Below are positions 60,209-64,000 of a stretch of DNA of 64,000 nt, one piece after another. The notes beneath the pieces are model-generated. The model had not been told where the DNA came from. It saw nothing but the letters and a program-made list of their open reading frames with translations, and did not search any database. How positions within the stretch are numbered: the stretch's first letter is position 1; every line of letters starts with the position of its first letter. Position numbers and translations under genes: made by a program. The stretch comes from Chloropicon primus (taxonomy: Eukaryota): assembly GCA_023205875.1 (NCBI GenBank), contig CP060769.1, positions 1 to 64,000 of the forward strand. The letters are read 5' to 3'.

Positions 60209-60607
60209 GCCCGAGCTCACGATCACGAAGTGAATCAAGTGTTGATGATGGTCCGGGGCGCTGAGGCTGGTCAAGAGTTTGGTGGACCCATGGGGTGGCA
60301 GCTCCGAGTTGTGTTGGCTCTCGTGAAGGCGCTGCAACTTTCTCCTCGCGGCGGACTATGCGTGAGTGAGGTCATGATACGTCCCGATTGATTGAGACGC
60401 CGCCACAGATGTGGAATTGGACTTTGGACAACCCGTTTGTTTCTGCGTGAGACGCTGAGACTGAGACGCCCGTTCGGTGTGTGTGTGTGTGTGTGTGTGT
60501 GTTTGAGACCGCGTCTGTGGAAGGATGAGTCCATGAGTCCATGAAAAGGAAAAAGGCAAGCGTGTGCCGTCTCCTCCTCATACTCCTCATACTCCTCATA
60601 CTCCTTT

Positions 60608-60810
60608 GTGTCCAATCGGGAAGCCCTCGCCGTCATCACACGTCCATCGAGGGAAGGATTCTCGTCTCCATCAGGGTACGATCAGGTAGGCCTTCACGAG
60701 GACTCGAGGGACGCATGCAGCATCGTGACACCCTTTGGACGGTACCGACCCTTGATCCTTCCTCAAGAGACAGTCCAGCAATATTCTCGATCATCCTCGA
60801 TCAGAGTACC
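60608..60810 (+). mobile_element. Decayed Ty3/Gypsy-type reverse transcriptase fragment
   Basis: SGYDQVGLHEDSRDACSIVTPFGRYRPLILPQ, then frameshifted DSPAIFSIILDQ. Confidence 0.75.
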
Positions 60811-60931
60811 ACCAAAGGCACGTTAATGAATTGTCTTTCTTGTTGTTTTTCTTGTTGTGTTGTGTCCTGTTTTGTGATGTGCCCTTCTCTCTGGCCTCTC
60901 TGGCCTCTCTGGCCTCTCTCTCTCCCTTGAG

Positions 60932-61369
60932 ATGACCACCCCTTTGGCGGCCAGCAGGGCTTCAAAATGTAACGGACGCCGAGTGATCAGGAAGAAGACG
61001 GCTCGCATGCTTTTGACGTTGAGGCACTATGCGCTCAGAACGTACTTGGCTTCCAAGGTGCTCTTGTGCGGCAAGGAGCTGGCGATCGTGACGGAGGAGT
61101 ACACCTCCAAGACCTGTGGCAGGTGCGGACACATCAAGGAGAACCTGGGTGGAGCAAAGGTTTGCAAGTGCCAGGAGTGTGGCTTCAAGTGCGATCGGGA
61201 TGCGAACGGGGCACGCAACATCCTTCTCAAGCACTTGTGTGAACCACAAGAAGTGCAACTCCTCAGGGTTGCACACGCGTTTGTTAGTACGAGCTGCCCT
61301 TGCTTGCTAAGGGTGGAATGGTCCTTTCGAGAAACTCAAACTGAAACGACCTTTGCACAAAACTAACGG
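60932..61369 (+). mobile_element. 3' fragment of a Fanzor2 / IS607-type TnpB gene with putative right end
   Basis: RRVIRKKTARMLLTLRHY, VTEEYTSKTCGRCG, CQECG..DRDANGARNI; RuvC-I and the N-terminal half are absent. Confidence 0.85.
61231..61369 (+). ncRNA. Putative omegaRNA scaffold overlapping the Fanzor 3' end
   Basis: Four adjacent hairpins plus a long-range GTTAGT/ACTAAC pairing, at the position expected for TnpB/Fanzor guide RNAs. Confidence 0.45.
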
Positions 61370-61389
61370 GTAGAGATCCGGCCGTGGGA

Positions 61390-61770
61390 GGAGGACATAG
61401 ACCGCAGCAAATTGCCTGCGAGCTGAACCATACCAGCCATACCAGCTGCTGCTTCACTATGCCCCATATTGCTCTCCACTCCAGACATGTGGACAGGGAA
61501 GTCCCGTTTGGTGGCCTCGGAGAGTAACACAGCAGATGCCGCACCGACCTCAATGGGGCCACCAAGAGGAGTACCTGTACCGTGCATCTGCAAGACCTGT
61601 GCACTCCAGGCATCAAGGTCTGCCGAGTGCAAGCTCATACGCATCACTTGCTGTTGAGAGGGTCCGTGCGGTGCGGTCAAAGCACTGGATCGCCCATCTT
61701 GGTTCACAGCAGTGCCACGTAGCATCACCGTATCTTGTTTGGAACCATCTTCAAGAGGACCGAGAACGCA
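61390..61770 (-). pseudogene. Type I PKS ketosynthase C-terminal fragment
   Basis: GTAVNQDGRSSALTAPHGPSQQ, HGTGTPLGGPIE (usually GDPIE), ESNMGHSEAAAG (usually KSN); no N-terminal half. Confidence 0.85.
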
Positions 61771-61958
61771 AGCGATGCATATTGTGTATATAGTCCCTTC
61801 GAGACGTCGCCAAGAACAAGGCTCATGTAGGACATGTGTGCTGCGACAAGAGAGGATGAACAAAAAAAAAGAGGTCGGAAGTGTATCACGGGTCGGAGTT
61901 TCCCGTGTCATTTTGAACCATGGTTGGAGAGCAACTTGTGTTCGTTGCTGCCGAGATG

Positions 61959-62066
61959 TGCCTTCGGCGGGGATCGAACCCGCGACCTTAGGATGACCCT
62001 TCGATCATTTTTCGATTTGATAGTTGTATTATGAGACCTACGCGCTACCGACTGCGCCACGAAGAC
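61959..62066 (-). tRNA. Elongator tRNA-Met(CAT) with a 35-nt intron (61995-62029)
   Basis: GTCTTCG/CGAAGGC acceptor, GCGC D-stem, CAT anticodon at 62033-62031, intron between positions 37/38, T31-T39 pair, GGTTCGATCC. Confidence 0.93.
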
Positions 62067-62385
62067 GTTTTCCTTGTTGTTTCAAGGGTGTGCACGAGTA
62101 GGAAATGACATTTTGGACAACTTTGCGGAGACCTTGAAGGCAGACCTGGAGGAGACAAAGAGAGCCAAGGCCAATGAGGCTTCCGCCAAGTGCAACAGAA
62201 ACGGAGGCGCGCCGCTTGTGGTGCGAGGGATGCTGAAGCTCGTCCGCGTCGCCGTCGCTGGCGTCCTACCGTTGTTTCTGGCAAAAGAAGCGTTTCGAGT
62301 GAGCCAAAACTCGGGTTCGTAGCACTTTGTTCTACTAGGTGACGAGGCCGACGCGCAACGCGTTGTGTCTGAGTGGCTCACTTGA

Positions 62386-62852
62386 GTAGCTCTAGCTCTT
62401 GATCATCCTCATCCTTTTTCTTGGCAATCCCTCGTCTTGTTTGCTCCCTCCGTATCAATCTGCTGCTGCCAACGAAGAACCTGAACTGCTCCAGTGGGAG
62501 AGGCAACAAGACCTGGAAGAAGGAAGCCGCGGAGATGTGCCCGAGCTGCCAGCTTCGACCCGTGCTTGGTCTACCTCGAGCCAGAATCACCCGTTCTGGC
62601 CTGCTTCTGTGCTGGTCATAGCATAGTAGCTCTAGCTCTTGATCATCCTCATCCTTTTTCTTGGCAATCCCTCGTCTTGTTTGCTCCCTCCCTCTGCCCT
62701 GTCCCCTCAGCAAGACGGGGACCGGCAATCCCTCGTCTTGTTTGCTCCCTCGCCTCGCCTTGCCTCGCCTCGCCTTTGCCTCCCAAGTCCAGTTTTTCCC
62801 TGCTGAAAGCCGTTTCGTTCTCCCCCCTTCCAATCAAAATCCAATTCATGAT
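62386..62852 (-). repeat. Right arm of the inverted repeat (62451-62852) plus an extra 65-bp internal duplicate (62386-62450 = 62626-62690)
   Basis: Direct comparison with 59807-60208. Confidence 0.92.
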
Positions 62853-62854
62853 GA

Positions 62855-63262
62855 ACAATTCATGAGCTGGGCGAAGACTTTGTGCATGAGATGCGATCGA
62901 TGCTGGCCAAGGAGGAGGAAGACTTTTACTCGAGCTGCGTGGCCTGCGTGGACCAGGCCCTCGCCCTCTACGAGTCGAGGGAGTGGGACCATTCGAGAAC
63001 GGATGCTTTCCTGAGGACGATCGAGAGGGGCGTGAGGAGGAGGACGACGGAGCTCGCTGTCGCAGCGCAAGTGAAGGAGGTCTCGGTGGAGGCGGAGGCG
63101 GACAATGCCCTGTGGTTCCCGAAGAAGGGCGATAGGGTCAAGCTGAAGAGGCTTGGCGGGACGAAGGCCACCGTCGTCGGCTTCAACAAGACGAATCAGA
63201 CGGTCACCGTCCGGAAGGGAACGATAACAATGACGTGCACGCTGGGTGATCTCAGCAGATGA
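62855..63262 (+). pseudogene. 5'-truncated or last-exon coding segment ending in a MutS2-type KOW-like domain
   Basis: WFPKKGDRVKLKRLGGTKATVV..VTVRKGTITM; the frame is closed by TGA exactly at the repeat edge. Confidence 0.45.
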
Positions 63263-63289
63263 AGAAGCCGGTGCGATGATGGATGTTGG

Positions 63290-63548
63290 ATGATGGATCC
63301 TCTCTCTCTCCCCTCCCTCCTCTGTCTGATCAAAAGAAGCCTGATCATCTGTCTCTCTACTAAAGGGTAACTGAAGCAAAAGAAGCCAAATCATCATCCA
63401 AGCAAAGTAACCGATGCATCTCCTCCCTCCTCTCCCTCCTCTGTCTGATCCAAAGAAGCCTGATCATCATCCAAGCAAAGTAACCGATGCATCTCCTCCC
63501 TCCTCTCCCTCCTCTCCCTCTGTCTGATCCAAAGAAGCCTGATCATCT
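63290..63548. repeat. ~72-bp direct repeats (two full, one partial)
   Basis: CTCTGTCTGATC.AAAGAAGCCTGATCAT x3; TCATCCAAGCAAAGTAACCGATGCATC x2. Confidence 0.85.
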
Positions 63549-63747
63549 TAAGAGAGAGAGAGAGAGAAGGAGGGAGAAGGGAGGACGAGGACGAGGACGA
63601 GGGTGGCGGAGGGTTCGACAAAAGGAAGCGTCTCATTACGAGCTTTCCGTGGACCACTCGATTGAAGGATTTGGTGTCCTGTGGAGGATTGGAACCCACG
63701 GGAGATGATTGGAGGAAGTGGAAGATGAAGAAGACGCAGTGGTGAGG

Positions 63748-63948
63748 ATGTCGCTGGCTGCTGAGGAGATCTTGGAGCTGAGCGAGCAAGTGTTGCGAAG
63801 CTCGAACAAGGTGAAAGGAATCGAAGCGGAGATGGTCACAGCCATTGCTCTCATCGAAAGCAGTGGAAACGTCAAGGCTTATCGGTACGAGGAGCACCTA
63901 GGAGAAGCTTCTTCTGGATTAACCCAACTGCTGCAAAGTACGGCGAAG
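63748..63948 (+). CDS. Exon of an SLT / lytic-transglycosylase-like protein (continues beyond the window)
   Basis: AIALIESSG (catalytic Glu motif), GLTQLLQSTA; GT donor at 63949; not in the ORF track. Confidence 0.7.
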
Positions 63949-64000
63949 GTAAATGCGATTCTTTCGCTCTTTGATCTCGACGTCATGCGCATCTCCTCTC

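Noticed and set aside
62074..62322. Short ORF upstream of tRNA-Met
   Set aside because: Coding-like but unassignable; noted only as possible cargo of the inverted-repeat segment
59798..62861. Target-site duplication flanking the inverted repeats
   Set aside because: Flanks GAAAAACCT and GAACAATTC match at only 5 of 9 positions

Overview
Left end of a chromosome from a compact, GC-rich eukaryotic nuclear genome with short GT-AG introns. Gene content and the TTTTAGG telomere suggest a pico-sized green alga (Chloropicon-like; inference). It opens with a telomere array and subtelomeric repeats, followed by about 27 densely packed genes: V-ATPase G, eIF2B-beta, RFC, MsrB, threonine synthase, neurochondrin-like, PSAT, TTLL1, TSR2, PheRS-alpha, RPL8, TLC protein, Nsl1-like, CFAP57-like, TMEM138-like, APEH, kinesin-12 with a 117-bp tandem array, SMN-like, CML, two papain proteases, an amino acid transporter, lumazine synthase, PAE/Notum-like esterase, SGNH hydrolase, two homeobox paralogues, and tRNA-Gly and tRNA-Met. 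Two things stand out. (1) A ~3 kb segment (59807-62852) bracketed by ~400-bp inverted repeats holds a Gypsy RT remnant, the 3' part of a Fanzor2/IS607-type TnpB gene followed by an omegaRNA-like hairpin cluster, a PKS ketosynthase fragment and an intron-containing tRNA-Met. (2) Two paralogous transcription factors appear to have a homeodomain-leucine zipper-DOG1 architecture, with Tyr replacing the near-invariant Asn51. All assignments come from motif recognition by eye; no searches were run.
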